In this document: piece by piece, positions 19,144 through 29,117 of the stretch | Position numbering within the stretch: the stretch's first letter is position 1 | Layout of the letters: each line of letters starts with the position of its first letter | DNA from: a virus | Virus record (IMG/VR): IMGVR_UViG_3300042879_003514 | Location: 1-64,000 of that record | Reading direction: 5' to 3' (one strand) | DNA: 64,000 nt | Made by a program: the position numbers and the translations under genes | Notes under the pieces: generated by a model | Told to the model about the DNA's origin: nothing | The model's input: only the letters and a program-made list of their open reading frames with translations | The model's database searches: none

Positions 19144-20292
19144 ATGCAAAAAATAATAAATGAAACTAAACTAGATTTTGACGATGTTCTTATTAGACCC
19201 AAAAGATCAACATTAAAAAGCAGATCTGAGGTTTGTATATCTAGAATTTTTTCTTTTAAATATTCTCCACGAGAATTAATTTGCACACCAATAATGGTGG
19301 CGAATATGGATACTGTTGGCACAATAGAGATGGGTAAAATCTTAGCTAAAAATCAGGCTATTACTTGTCTGCATAAACATTATAGTCCAGTAAACTATAT
19401 TAGTTTATATACTGATCCTAATATTACAAATAAAAATCTTATATTTTATAGCGTTGGAACTGGTCATAAAGATATTGAAAAAATGACTGAAGTATTCAAT
19501 CAGATTCGACAAGTCAATGGAATATTACCAAACATTTGTGTTGATGTGGCAAATGGTTACACAGAGCAGTTTGTAAAAACAGTTAGTCATATTCGCAAAC
19601 TATATGAAGAAGTAATTATAATGGCGGGAAATGTTGTAACTCCAGAAATGACAGAAGAATTGATTATTCATGGTAAAGTTGATATAGTCAAGGTTGGTAT
19701 AGGGTCAGGCAGTGTTTGTACAACGCGTTTAAAAACTGGCGTAGGATACCCACAATTGAGTGCTGTGATGGAATGTGCTGATGCTGCTCATGGTCTTGGT
19801 GGTCATATTTGTTCTGATGGTGGTTGCAAAGTAGTTGGTGATGTTTGCAAAGCATTTGGCGCTAATTCGGATTTTGTAATGCTAGGTAGTATGTTTGCTG
19901 GGTGCGATGAGTGCGAAGGAGAATGGGAATATGAATATAAATGCCAAATTAAACAACAATCAAAAGAAATTGATAAATATAAACAAATAAATTGGTGGCA
20001 ACCAAACGATCCCGGAATCAATACAGAAAAACGTAAAGTTTCATTAAAATATTATGGCATGAGTAGCAAGGACGCTATGGATAAGCACCACAATGGAGTT
20101 GCAAAATATAGAACATCAGAAGGTAAATGCGTTACTGTAGCATATAAAGGTTTAGCTGAAGATACTTTGCAAGATATCTATGGTGGACTAAGAAGCGCCT
20201 GTACGTATGTTGGCGCTAATAAACTAAAAGATTTTGGCAAAAAAACAACATTTATACAGGTTAATAATACTCACAATAGGATTTACGAATAA
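19144..20292 (+). CDS. guaC: GMP reductase
   Basis: LDFDDVLIRPKRSTLKSRSEV, ANMDTVGT, DVANGY, KVGIGSGSVCTTR, YYGMSS, GGLRSACTYVGA. Confidence 0.95.
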   Translation: MQKIINETKLDFDDVLIRPKRSTLKSRSEVCISRIFSFKYSPRELICTPIMVANMDTVGTIEMGKILAKNQAITCLHKHYSPVNYISLYTDPNITNKNLIFYSVGTGHKDIEKMTEVFNQIRQVNGILPNICVDVANGYTEQFVKTVSHIRKLYEEVIIMAGNVVTPEMTEELIIHGKVDIVKVGIGSGSVCTTRLKTGVGYPQLSAVMECADAAHGLGGHICSDGGCKVVGDVCKAFGANSDFVMLGSMFAGCDECEGEWEYEYKCQIKQQSKEIDKYKQINWWQPNDPGINTEKRKVSLKYYGMSSKDAMDKHHNGVAKYRTSEGKCVTVAYKGLAEDTLQDIYGGLRSACTYVGANKLKDFGKKTTFIQVNNTHNRIYE

Positions 20293-21362
20293 TGAATAAA
20301 CTTAATATGTCTTGTCCGATTGGTGTTACTGGTTATGGAATAACTTCATTCAATATATACAAATCTTTATGCAATAATATTGATATAACATTATTTCCAA
20401 TAGGAACCCCAGCCTTAGAAACCATAGAATTTAGAGATAAACTTTCTTTTGACATATCCAAACAAAATAATTATTCAAGAACAAGTCCGTTCTTTAAGAT
20501 ATGGCATCAATTTGAATTAGCTAGTAGGGTAGGTATTGGCAAATATGTAGCGTTAACCTTTTTTGAGGTCGATAAGCTCAGACTCAACGAAATACAAATG
20601 ATTAATCATACCGATACTATAATGGTTGCCTCTGAGTGGGCCAAACAAATCTTAATTGATAATGGAATTAATGTGCCTATCGTTGTTAGTCCATTAGGAA
20701 TAGACCCAACAATATTTAATGAATCTATATTAAATAATGTTACAAAAGATAATGATAAATATGTATTCCTAAATATTGGAAAATGGGAAGTTAGAAAAGG
20801 ACATGATATTTTAATTGATATTTTTAATGATGCTTTTACTATCGATGATAATGTTGAACTATGGATGATAAACTATAATCCTTTTCTTAATTCTCAAGAA
20901 AATAATACTTGGGCAGATCTGTATAAAAAGAGCAAACTAGGATCAAAAGTAAAGATAATATCTAGATTAGAGAAACACTCTGATGTTGCTAATGCCATAG
21001 CAATGAGCGATTGTGGTATTTTTCCAGCAAGAGCAGAGGGCTGGAATAATGAGATTCCAGAATTTTTTGCCCTTAATAAACCAGTAATTTTAACCAACTA
21101 TTCTGCACACACTGAATATGCTAATAAAGATAATTCTTTCTTATTGGAAATTGATGGGTTAACCCAAGCCAAAGATGATAAATTTTTTGACGGTTATGGT
21201 AATTGGGCTAATTTATCGGATAAATTCTATGAACAAGCAGTAGAATCTATGAGATATGTGTATAAAAATAATATTAGAACAAATCCAAATGGATTAATAA
21301 CGGCTAAAAACTTAACTTGGGACAATACAGCCAAAATTATTTATAATACTATTTACGGATAA
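20292..21362 (+). CDS. GT4-family glycosyltransferase
   Basis: TGYG, GKWEVRKGHD, RAEGWNNEIPE, PVILTN, LTWDNTA. Confidence 0.85.
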   Translation: MNKLNMSCPIGVTGYGITSFNIYKSLCNNIDITLFPIGTPALETIEFRDKLSFDISKQNNYSRTSPFFKIWHQFELASRVGIGKYVALTFFEVDKLRLNEIQMINHTDTIMVASEWAKQILIDNGINVPIVVSPLGIDPTIFNESILNNVTKDNDKYVFLNIGKWEVRKGHDILIDIFNDAFTIDDNVELWMINYNPFLNSQENNTWADLYKKSKLGSKVKIISRLEKHSDVANAIAMSDCGIFPARAEGWNNEIPEFFALNKPVILTNYSAHTEYANKDNSFLLEIDGLTQAKDDKFFDGYGNWANLSDKFYEQAVESMRYVYKNNIRTNPNGLITAKNLTWDNTAKIIYNTIYG

Positions 21363-21367
21363 ATCAT

Positions 21368-21883
21368 ATGCCAATACCATCAAGAAAACAAAATGAAGAT
21401 AGACAAAAATTTATTAGTCGTTGTATGAGTAATGAAACGATGAAAAAAGACTATCCTAATACTCAACAAAGAGTTGCTATTTGCTTGGGACAAACAAAAC
21501 AAAAGAGCAAATCATCTTTGATCGAGATGGTTCATGATGAATTATTAGCAAAAAATTGCTCATGGGATGATGAATGGGATGAGTTTACATGGGATATTGT
21601 AGCCAATATTATATATGATGAAGATGATAAGATCATAGCAGCAGAAAAAAATGGTAGAAAAGTTACTTTAAATAAACCTTTTAGAACTCCAGACGGTCCT
21701 AAAAAATTTAGTGTTTATGTTAAAAATGAAAGCGGAAATGTTGTAAAAGTCAATTTTGGTGATCCAAATATGGAAATTAAAAAAGATATTCCCGCTAGAC
21801 GCAAAAGTTTCAGAGCAAGAATGAGATGCGAAACCCCTGGTCCAAAATGGAAGGCAAGATACTGGGCTTGTAAAAGCTGGTAG
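21368..21883 (+). CDS. conserved myovirus-type protein (possible virion/prohead-associated)
   Basis: N-terminal FISRCM..QRVAIC and C-terminal LNKPFRT..FGDPNM..RRKSFRAR..ARYWAC, recalled from large phages. Confidence 0.55.
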   Translation: MPIPSRKQNEDRQKFISRCMSNETMKKDYPNTQQRVAICLGQTKQKSKSSLIEMVHDELLAKNCSWDDEWDEFTWDIVANIIYDEDDKIIAAEKNGRKVTLNKPFRTPDGPKKFSVYVKNESGNVVKVNFGDPNMEIKKDIPARRKSFRARMRCETPGPKWKARYWACKSW

Positions 21884-21986
21884 GATAACTTAATATGAAA
21901 AAAACTATTACCGAACTATTAAAGGCTATCTTAAACTAATTGAGCAAATGGGTGTGGATAATTTCTTAACTTTACAAGTATAATCA

Positions 21987-22649
21987 ATGAATTTATCGCT
22001 AGCTTTTAAATATAAGAAAATAGAATCTTTAACTTATGATTCTGTTTTTTTAGAAAAACCAATAGCAGATATTATTGATTTTGATTATAGAGCCATCCTA
22101 AATCCTCCACCAAAAAATACCGATAATAAAACTTTGAAAGAATTACAAATTCTATCTAGAGAAACATTAAATAGATCAAGCGAGGATATTAATTTTATTT
22201 TACAGATAGATCGTGATATAGATCAATTTTTTGAACACCTTCTATATAAATACAATTTAGATTATCCAAAAAAATATATTGATAGTTTTTATAATTTAAT
22301 TAAACCAATATTAATGAATACAAAAGGATTTTGGAATAGACCAAGACCCTTACAGTTGGCCAAATTATACGATATTAATATAGATACTATAGTTACAGAT
22401 AGTATCGATAGTGCATCGTATCCTTCTGGACATACGGTGTATAGTAGTTTAGCAGCTAATATTATTAAAGACTTTTATCCTCAAATTAATCAGCTAGACT
22501 TAGATAAAATCGTTAACAATACTGCTAAAGCAAGAATTATGCAGGGCGTCCACTATCCAAGTGACAATAAAGCATCTGTGATTTTTACAAAATTTATATT
22601 CAATAAACTTAATTCAACATTAAAGGAAGACTATTATGAACAGATCTAA
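21987..22649 (+). CDS. PAP2 / class A acid phosphatase family protein
   Basis: KxxxxRPRP, SYPSGH, ARIMQGVHYPSD. Confidence 0.88.
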   Translation: MNLSLAFKYKKIESLTYDSVFLEKPIADIIDFDYRAILNPPPKNTDNKTLKELQILSRETLNRSSEDINFILQIDRDIDQFFEHLLYKYNLDYPKKYIDSFYNLIKPILMNTKGFWNRPRPLQLAKLYDINIDTIVTDSIDSASYPSGHTVYSSLAANIIKDFYPQINQLDLDKIVNNTAKARIMQGVHYPSDNKASVIFTKFIFNKLNSTLKEDYYEQI

Positions 22650-23124
22650 TAAAATTTTACAAGGTGTTCAGGAAAGTTTAGCTAGAGAAGCAATAAAGCA
22701 AAAGGCACAAGAAGCCGACTTTACCAAAATTGAAGAAATGGAAGTTGAAAGCCCAGAAATGGAACTCATGGAATACAAGTATGACTTTTATACAATGAGT
22801 CTCGGTTCTATAAAATCAATCGCTATACATGCCCAGGCCATACTAAATGCCTTAGAGAGTGATTCTGTAAAAGAAGGTTTGACAGAAAGTTGGTTGCAGG
22901 GTAAAATCGCCGTGACAGAAGATTATATGCTAACGATCCACAATTTCCTCATGTACGGCGAAACAGAAACCGATACAGAAGGAGCGGAGGCAGCAAAAGA
23001 TCTTGCTAGTTTATGGGAAAATATTCGTAAAAAAAGAGATCGCATGGGGAAAAAATATAAGCCAGCAAAGCCAGGAGACAAAGACAGACCAGATCCCGAT
23101 CAATGGAAAAAATTAACTAAGTAA
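22636..23124 (+). CDS. hypothetical phage protein with basic C-terminus
   Basis: ORF; LWENIRKKR..KPAKPGDKDRP tail. Confidence 0.65.
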   Translation: MNRSNKILQGVQESLAREAIKQKAQEADFTKIEEMEVESPEMELMEYKYDFYTMSLGSIKSIAIHAQAILNALESDSVKEGLTESWLQGKIAVTEDYMLTIHNFLMYGETETDTEGAEAAKDLASLWENIRKKRDRMGKKYKPAKPGDKDRPDPDQWKKLTK

Positions 23125-23131
23125 TATTTAG

Positions 23132-23147
23132 TTAATTAGCTAATTAA
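23132..23147. promoter_or_regulatory. 16-bp perfect palindrome upstream of the sigma-like gene
   Basis: TTAATTAGCTAATTAA; AT-rich, function unproven. Confidence 0.3.
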
Positions 23148-23177
23148 AACTTACTAGGACATTAATAAAGGAAAAAT

Positions 23178-23822
23178 ATGATTATACCATCAGTTGGTAA
23201 GCAGAAGATATCTTATAAAGATCATTCAGAAGTAAATTTTGAGCCACTAGATTTTTATATAAATTTATCTAAAAAAATTATTGCAAAAATGGGTTCCTCT
23301 TTTTTCAATGGTTTATCAAAAGATATGTTGAAGAGCGAGGACTCTATAGCTTTTGTTGCCAACGCTATAATGATGGGCGATTGGAGATGGAAACAAAATA
23401 ATGATGATATCGAAAAACAAAATAAAAGTTTATACTCATATAGGAATCAATGCGCTATCTGGGCAATGAAAACCTATGTTACTAAACAATATAAGAATAA
23501 ATACAATAATAAAAAAATTAAAACAGACTATTCTATTAATCATCAGACCGATAGTTTAAGCTTAGAAAGTATTATTCAAGATAATTCTCAACGAGAACCA
23601 ATAGATATTATTATTGAGAAAGAAAACAACAAAGAGATCAACGATCTACTGTCTAAATTTTTTGAATCCGACATCATTTCTGACAAACAAAAAGAATATA
23701 TAAAACTATATTATTTTGAAAAATTAACACTAGAAAAAATTGGTAAAAAATTTGGAGTAACCAGAGAAGCGATAAGACAAAGCCTTAGATCGGCTATTAA
23801 AAGAATTAGAGAGTTAGTATGA
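23178..23822 (+). CDS. phage sigma-70-like factor (region 4 HTH)
   Basis: ISDKQKEYIKLYYFEKLTLEKIGKKFGVTREAIRQ; upstream SLYSY..CAIWAM resembles region 2. Confidence 0.75.
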   Translation: MIIPSVGKQKISYKDHSEVNFEPLDFYINLSKKIIAKMGSSFFNGLSKDMLKSEDSIAFVANAIMMGDWRWKQNNDDIEKQNKSLYSYRNQCAIWAMKTYVTKQYKNKYNNKKIKTDYSINHQTDSLSLESIIQDNSQREPIDIIIEKENNKEINDLLSKFFESDIISDKQKEYIKLYYFEKLTLEKIGKKFGVTREAIRQSLRSAIKRIRELV

Positions 23823-24247
23823 ATATATACTCTATTTATGCTATCATAGGAGCTAGTCATAAATTTAAAAAAAATTATATTTTATCAGTAAACGATCAAG
23901 GTATTTTTCTTCCTATAGAAAAAATAAATAATATAAAATTTTTACATAATGAAATAAGATATAATATTAAAAATATGTTTTATGATAAAACTAGCGATCT
24001 GGTGCAACATATTAATTTATCATATACTGAAGTTCAACACCCACTAGCTTTGCGTTATATAGATTCTATAAATAATAACAATAATATTTACACGGAGAAT
24101 GACTTATTCATATTAACAGGTTTGGTTTTAGACCAAAATCATGAGTCTAAATTAAGTTGGCAAGAATTTTATTTTAAAAAAGATATTAAAAATATATCAA
24201 TTATAGATAATATTATAGATTTTACAATAGAAAAAACAGTATTATGA
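23819..24247 (+). CDS. hypothetical protein
   Basis: ATGA overlap with neighbours. Confidence 0.6.
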   Translation: MNIYSIYAIIGASHKFKKNYILSVNDQGIFLPIEKINNIKFLHNEIRYNIKNMFYDKTSDLVQHINLSYTEVQHPLALRYIDSINNNNNIYTENDLFILTGLVLDQNHESKLSWQEFYFKKDIKNISIIDNIIDFTIEKTVL

Positions 24248-24627
24248 ATTTATTAAATTTTTTTAAACGTAAAAAATCCGACACCAACAAAAAACACAAT
24301 CAGATAGAGAATACATATTTAGACATTGTTATTTCTTTAAATAAAAATCTAGAAATTGATCTATCAATTTTTTTAGAAGATAAATATCAAAATACCAACT
24401 TAGATAAGTTTACCTATGCAATGGCGTGTGTCGAGTTTATAAATACTGTAGTGTCTGATAAATTAAAACCAGAAGTAACCAATATTATAGACACACAAAT
24501 TCGTTCACCAATTAATGAGCAGCTAATTAGTGCAATACTATTACTATTGAAAAAAACAGAAAATAAATATTTAGATACAAATAATAAAATATATATTAAA
24601 CCATCTCAGGTTTTTTTAAAATATTAA
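24244..24627 (+). CDS. hypothetical protein
   Basis: ATGA overlap. Confidence 0.6.
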   Translation: MNLLNFFKRKKSDTNKKHNQIENTYLDIVISLNKNLEIDLSIFLEDKYQNTNLDKFTYAMACVEFINTVVSDKLKPEVTNIIDTQIRSPINEQLISAILLLLKKTENKYLDTNNKIYIKPSQVFLKY

Positions 24628-24633
24628 AATCAT

Positions 24634-25071
24634 ATGGATACAAATAATAAATATGTTATTTTTTGGGAGAAATGGAAAGATCCTTTTGGTTATGATGAAG
24701 ACAATAAACAATCTAATATTTTAGATAATCCACCAGATTATGACGATGATCCAGACCCCCCAGCCTATGCAGAACAAAGCTATAAGAAAATTAAATGTAA
24801 AATTATCGAAACGCCATTTGGTATAATGCCTTTTAATGAAAATACCGCATCAAGTGAAATTTTTAATTTTTGGACCGGTCACGCTAATTTTCCTGTTACA
24901 TTAGATATTGCCAACATAATTGATAACATAGACGGTGTTGAAACATTAAATATATTTACCAAATATAGATTTAGGATAGCAATTGGTAAAGCTTTTATTG
25001 ATTCTGATATTATGAGAAATATTAATAAATCTGTGTACGCATACCTAGAGAATAAATATGAGTGTGAATAA
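24634..25071 (+). CDS. conserved hypothetical phage protein
   Basis: WEKWKDP, FWTGHANF, GVETL..TKYRFRIAIGKAF. Confidence 0.65.
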   Translation: MDTNNKYVIFWEKWKDPFGYDEDNKQSNILDNPPDYDDDPDPPAYAEQSYKKIKCKIIETPFGIMPFNENTASSEIFNFWTGHANFPVTLDIANIIDNIDGVETLNIFTKYRFRIAIGKAFIDSDIMRNINKSVYAYLENKYECE

Positions 25072-25747
25072 TTCCACTAAAGAACACGAGCTAGACTTAA
25101 ATAATATTCATGTAAATAATATAGATACTAAAAATAGAGAAATTTTTTTACATTCCTATATTTCAGACCTTGAAGACGAACCAGGAATCGACTATAGAGT
25201 TGCAACAGTTTTTCAAAAAAATATAAGATATTTGAATAGCATATCTATAGAACCAATATTAATTCATATGCACCTTCCTGGCGGTTCATGGACTGATTGT
25301 TTAGGAATTTATGACGCTATTAAATTCAGTAAATCTAAAGTTATAATATTGGCCTATGGCAGCGTAGAATCTGCTAGTAGTGTTATCTTACAATCTGCTG
25401 ATTGTAGAATATTAATGCCAAATACAAATGTAATGTTACATTATGGTTCATTTACCATAAATGAAGAGCACAGTAAAGCAGCGGCAAGTAGTATTCAGTG
25501 GAATGAAAAAGAATGTGATAAAATGGTTGATATCTTTACTGATAAATGCTTACAAAGCTCTATAGCTAAAAATAAAAATTGGAAACGACCAATGGCAAAA
25601 AAACACATCATCGCACAACTCGCTAATAAATGTGATTGGATATTAACGGCTAATGAAGCTGTTGAATATAATTTTGCCGACGGTGTATTAGGTTCTAAGA
25701 GATACCCAAACATTGATGAACTAAAAAATACAATAAAAAGAAAATGA
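25058..25747 (+). CDS. clpP: ClpP-like serine protease
   Basis: PGGS...IYDAI, GSVESASSVILQSA, VMLH, DWILTANEAVEYNFAD. Confidence 0.82.
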   Translation: MSVNNSTKEHELDLNNIHVNNIDTKNREIFLHSYISDLEDEPGIDYRVATVFQKNIRYLNSISIEPILIHMHLPGGSWTDCLGIYDAIKFSKSKVIILAYGSVESASSVILQSADCRILMPNTNVMLHYGSFTINEEHSKAAASSIQWNEKECDKMVDIFTDKCLQSSIAKNKNWKRPMAKKHIIAQLANKCDWILTANEAVEYNFADGVLGSKRYPNIDELKNTIKRK

Positions 25748-26406
25748 CATATTTAGAATATGCAATATATGATCTTGATAATACAGAAGCCGAGATCAAA
25801 TCTAACGTAGAACTAGCAATACAACAACAAGTCAATAGTATATCGGTACCATTTGCCTTAACTAAATTTTGTAAATTACTAGTTAAGGGAACAAATATAC
25901 TAGTGTCTAATGCCATAGATTATCCTCTAGGAATTTCAGACACAAAAACTAGAAATAATGCAATATTAAATGCTATAGATAATGGTGCTCAAAAAATTGA
26001 TCTTGTATTACAAAATAGTTATCTAAACTTAAAAAAATACGATAAATTAAAACAAGACATATCTTCAAATTTAGAAATTTGTAAAAAACATAATATAGAA
26101 CTTTGCTTCTATTTAGAGTATAGGATATTTACTCATCAGTCTTTGATAAAAGCATGTAATATGTTATATGAAACAGGCTCTATCAATAATGTTTACGTTT
26201 CCACTGGTCACATGTTAGATAATATTGATGATAATATCATAGCTGTTATTCTATTAAAACAAAAAACAAATATAAATACTATATTTAGCGGAAATATTTG
26301 GACAGAACAGCATGTCAAAACTCTTATAAAAAATAATATTAATCATATTAGATTCAATAATATCTATAGCGCAATTTTATACAATAAGTATTTACTAAGC
26401 AAATAG
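25744..26406 (+). CDS. DeoC (deoxyribose-phosphate aldolase)-fold protein lacking catalytic lysines
   Basis: DYPLG, AIDNGAQKIDLV, LEY, but VYVSTG (normally KTSTG) and IFSGNI (normally KxxGGI). Confidence 0.7.
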   Translation: MTYLEYAIYDLDNTEAEIKSNVELAIQQQVNSISVPFALTKFCKLLVKGTNILVSNAIDYPLGISDTKTRNNAILNAIDNGAQKIDLVLQNSYLNLKKYDKLKQDISSNLEICKKHNIELCFYLEYRIFTHQSLIKACNMLYETGSINNVYVSTGHMLDNIDDNIIAVILLKQKTNINTIFSGNIWTEQHVKTLIKNNINHIRFNNIYSAILYNKYLLSK

Positions 26407-26408
26407 AA

Positions 26409-27698
26409 ATGTCTATAGATAAAATTTTTATTAGTATAGCATCTTATAGAGACGATCAAACAGTTCCTACTGTGATTGATTGTCTTAAAAAAGCTAAATT
26501 TCCAAGCAGATTAGTTTTTGGTATTTGTCTTCAACAAGACAAAAATGAGATAGATACTAGTTACTTAGATAATCATTCACAAATTAAAATAATAAATTAT
26601 CATTGGAAAAATAGTTTGGGAACATGTTGGGCAAGACATCAGATACAGAAACAATTAATCTCTGACGAGACTTATTATTTTCAATTAGATTCACATCATA
26701 GATTTGCTGAAAATTGGGATGAATGGCTAATAGATACTTATGAAGAACTAAAAGAAAAATATAATAAACCAATTATTGGCGGATATTGCCCATCTTATTT
26801 TGCATCAGATGATACTGTACTAGCAGATACTCCGCTGCAAACAAATTGTCATTCTGACTTTACGAATGAAACTGGAGATTTGTTTTTTAGTTCTAGAGAA
26901 ATAAATAATTTTCCTGAATTGAGAGAACAAAAAGTTAAAACTGTCACTGCAAAATTTTTATCTGGTCATTTTATATTTACCGGAATAAATTTTTGTAAAG
27001 AATGTCCATATGATCCTAATTTATACTTTAGGGGCGAAGAATTATCTTTAAGCGTAAGAGCTTATACTCATGGTTATGATTTTTTTCATCCAACATATCC
27101 AATTGTTTGGCATGAGTATATTAGAAAAAACAAACCAAAACACTGGAATGATCATATTCCAAAAAATGGTTTTGTTATTACCGCTGAACAAAGATCAGAT
27201 AAGGCCAAAGAAAAAATTAGATATTTATTAGGTATGGAAAAATCTAACATTAATTTTCAGAAATATGGATTGGGTAATATTAGGAGCATACATGATTATG
27301 AATTATACGCAGGACTAAATTTTAAAACACAACAAGTGCATAAATACGCCTATAATATATTAGGTAGATATCCGCATCCATTTACTATGACAGAAGAAGA
27401 ATGGTTGTCTGGATTAATGAATAAATTTAATATAGCGATGCAATTGCCCGATGTAAAATTAACTGCGTTGCTAAATAGTAAACCTGATAATTTTTATATT
27501 TTATGTTATGATATAGAAAACGATCTAATTTATAGAAAAAAAATTAATAATCTAGATATGTTCAATAATAAAGAAAAAATTTACGCAATGAGTGTATCGA
27601 TGGAAAAAAAACCATCAAAAATTTATATCAAATCTCATCACGAAAATAGTCAAAAATTAGGAGAAAAATTACTAATTAATAATTTTGTCATAAAATGA
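26409..27698 (+). CDS. GT60 / Skp1-type GlcNAc transferase-like protein
   Basis: FISIASYRD, GTCWAR, QLDSHHRF, FLSGHFIF, PYDPNLYFRGEELSLSVRAYTHGYD. Confidence 0.85.
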   Translation: MSIDKIFISIASYRDDQTVPTVIDCLKKAKFPSRLVFGICLQQDKNEIDTSYLDNHSQIKIINYHWKNSLGTCWARHQIQKQLISDETYYFQLDSHHRFAENWDEWLIDTYEELKEKYNKPIIGGYCPSYFASDDTVLADTPLQTNCHSDFTNETGDLFFSSREINNFPELREQKVKTVTAKFLSGHFIFTGINFCKECPYDPNLYFRGEELSLSVRAYTHGYDFFHPTYPIVWHEYIRKNKPKHWNDHIPKNGFVITAEQRSDKAKEKIRYLLGMEKSNINFQKYGLGNIRSIHDYELYAGLNFKTQQVHKYAYNILGRYPHPFTMTEEEWLSGLMNKFNIAMQLPDVKLTALLNSKPDNFYILCYDIENDLIYRKKINNLDMFNNKEKIYAMSVSMEKKPSKIYIKSHHENSQKLGEKLLINNFVIK

Positions 27699-28453
27699 AA
27701 AATCAAATTCTATATATAGCATTGTATGAAAATGATACAAGCCCAACTGTTGGCTTGTCATATCAGCTTATTAATCAAAATACTAGTATAGATAAAATAA
27801 TAAATATCTTTATAAATACTCATGATCTAGAATTAACTCATATATATAAATATTATTTTAATAATGACAAAATAGAATTTATAATAGAAAACAATGACAC
27901 TAAAAAACTGAAAGATGTATTAAATAATAATATCAAAAATTTCTCACACGTTGTCCTAATAAATAATAAATTTCTATATAATAAAAATTTTAATAACGAT
28001 ATTCTTGTAGCGGTTAATTCTGATATTAATACAGTCATTGATATAAACAATAAAGATAAAGGATTATCTATCTTCAGAATATCAGATATTTGTGATATAT
28101 CTTTGAAGGATTTACTATCAAAACAACCAAGGATAGACTCAAATAGTATGATTTCTTCTAATATTAGTTTTATCAAGTATATTCCGGAAAGTATACAATA
28201 TTCAGATAGTTTTTGTTTATTCTGTGAATTATCTCATAGAACACATTCCTTAGCTTATTTAAATTCGTATGTCTATATTAATAAAAAAAATAATAAAGTT
28301 TACAATATTTCTAATGATCTTTTGGGTTATTGCACATATATCGTAGATGATACCTCTTTTTATATAAACTGGCTAATCGACAATACTCAAATCCCAGTCT
28401 TCTATACTAAAGAATATGGATCGCAGAGATTTATTGATAGTATTCCTATGTAA
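27695..28453 (+). CDS. hypothetical protein
   Basis: ATGA overlap; low complexity. Confidence 0.55.
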   Translation: MKNQILYIALYENDTSPTVGLSYQLINQNTSIDKIINIFINTHDLELTHIYKYYFNNDKIEFIIENNDTKKLKDVLNNNIKNFSHVVLINNKFLYNKNFNNDILVAVNSDINTVIDINNKDKGLSIFRISDICDISLKDLLSKQPRIDSNSMISSNISFIKYIPESIQYSDSFCLFCELSHRTHSLAYLNSYVYINKKNNKVYNISNDLLGYCTYIVDDTSFYINWLIDNTQIPVFYTKEYGSQRFIDSIPM

Positions 28454-28475
28454 AATATTATTTTTAACTTTATTT

Positions 28476-28490
28476 GTGTATTACTATTTA
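28476..28490 (+). promoter_or_regulatory. putative late-promoter motif GTGTA + AT-rich tract
   Basis: recurrent motif 30-39 nt upstream of start codons (see findings). Confidence 0.45.
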
Positions 28491-28511
28491 GCCCAAAGGA
28501 GAAAAAAATAT

Positions 28512-29039
28512 ATGGCAACTCAACAAGTTAATGGTAGTGCTGTTACATCAACATCCACAAGAAATAATGGCGGTGCGGTTATCAAGGCTGGCACATCAGC
28601 AACATTAGTTGATAATGTGAATCTAGGCTATAGTAATGTTGGTGTTTTTGGATCATCAGTAGCGGATGGTACAAATACAGATAAAGCTTTATCAGCCGGT
28701 ACTTTTTCATTTAATAATCAGAGCCCAATAGCCAAAAGAGTAACAACAACTCTATCTGGCGTATCAAACACTTATTTACAAAGTGGTGCTGCTAAACCAG
28801 GTATTATTCGTAGTATTCATAAGTTAGAAGTTGTTAGAACACGCAGACTAACAACCGCTATTCGTGCTGGATACTGGAACATTTACAGTGGTTCTTTCAC
28901 AACAACACCAACTGTTGCTATAGATTCTTTTGCTTCAGACGATGCTGCAAGTCCATCAAGAAGTGCTCCTGGCGAGCTTACATACATGACTGGCTCTGTC
29001 GTACCAGTTCAAGATGACTATGCAGAGAAAACCGGCTGA
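28512..29039 (+). CDS. Ser/Thr/Gly-rich putative virion structural protein (start MATQQV)
   Basis: AAGGAG RBS at 28496-28501; composition typical of virion proteins; followed by a hairpin. Confidence 0.65.
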   Translation: MATQQVNGSAVTSTSTRNNGGAVIKAGTSATLVDNVNLGYSNVGVFGSSVADGTNTDKALSAGTFSFNNQSPIAKRVTTTLSGVSNTYLQSGAAKPGIIRSIHKLEVVRTRRLTTAIRAGYWNIYSGSFTTTPTVAIDSFASDDAASPSRSAPGELTYMTGSVVPVQDDYAEKTG

Positions 29040-29064
29040 TTAATGGGTTAATAATTAGACACAT

Positions 29065-29100
29065 AATAAGCCAATGATACTTAGGTGTCGTTGGCTTATT
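29065..29100 (+). terminator. 16-bp RNA hairpin, putative terminator or stabiliser
   Basis: AATAAGCCAATGATAC-ttag-GTGTCGTTGGCTTATT with two G.U pairs. Confidence 0.7.
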
Positions 29101-29117
29101 TACTTTAGGAGCATAAT

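Noticed and set aside
21895-21939. 14-codon ORF MKKTITELLKAILN with AGGA upstream
   Set aside because: Too short to support; may be a gene remnant.
28416-28511. Hydrophobic N-terminal extension of ORF 28416
   Set aside because: AT-rich promoter region read in frame; the strong RBS supports a start at 28512.
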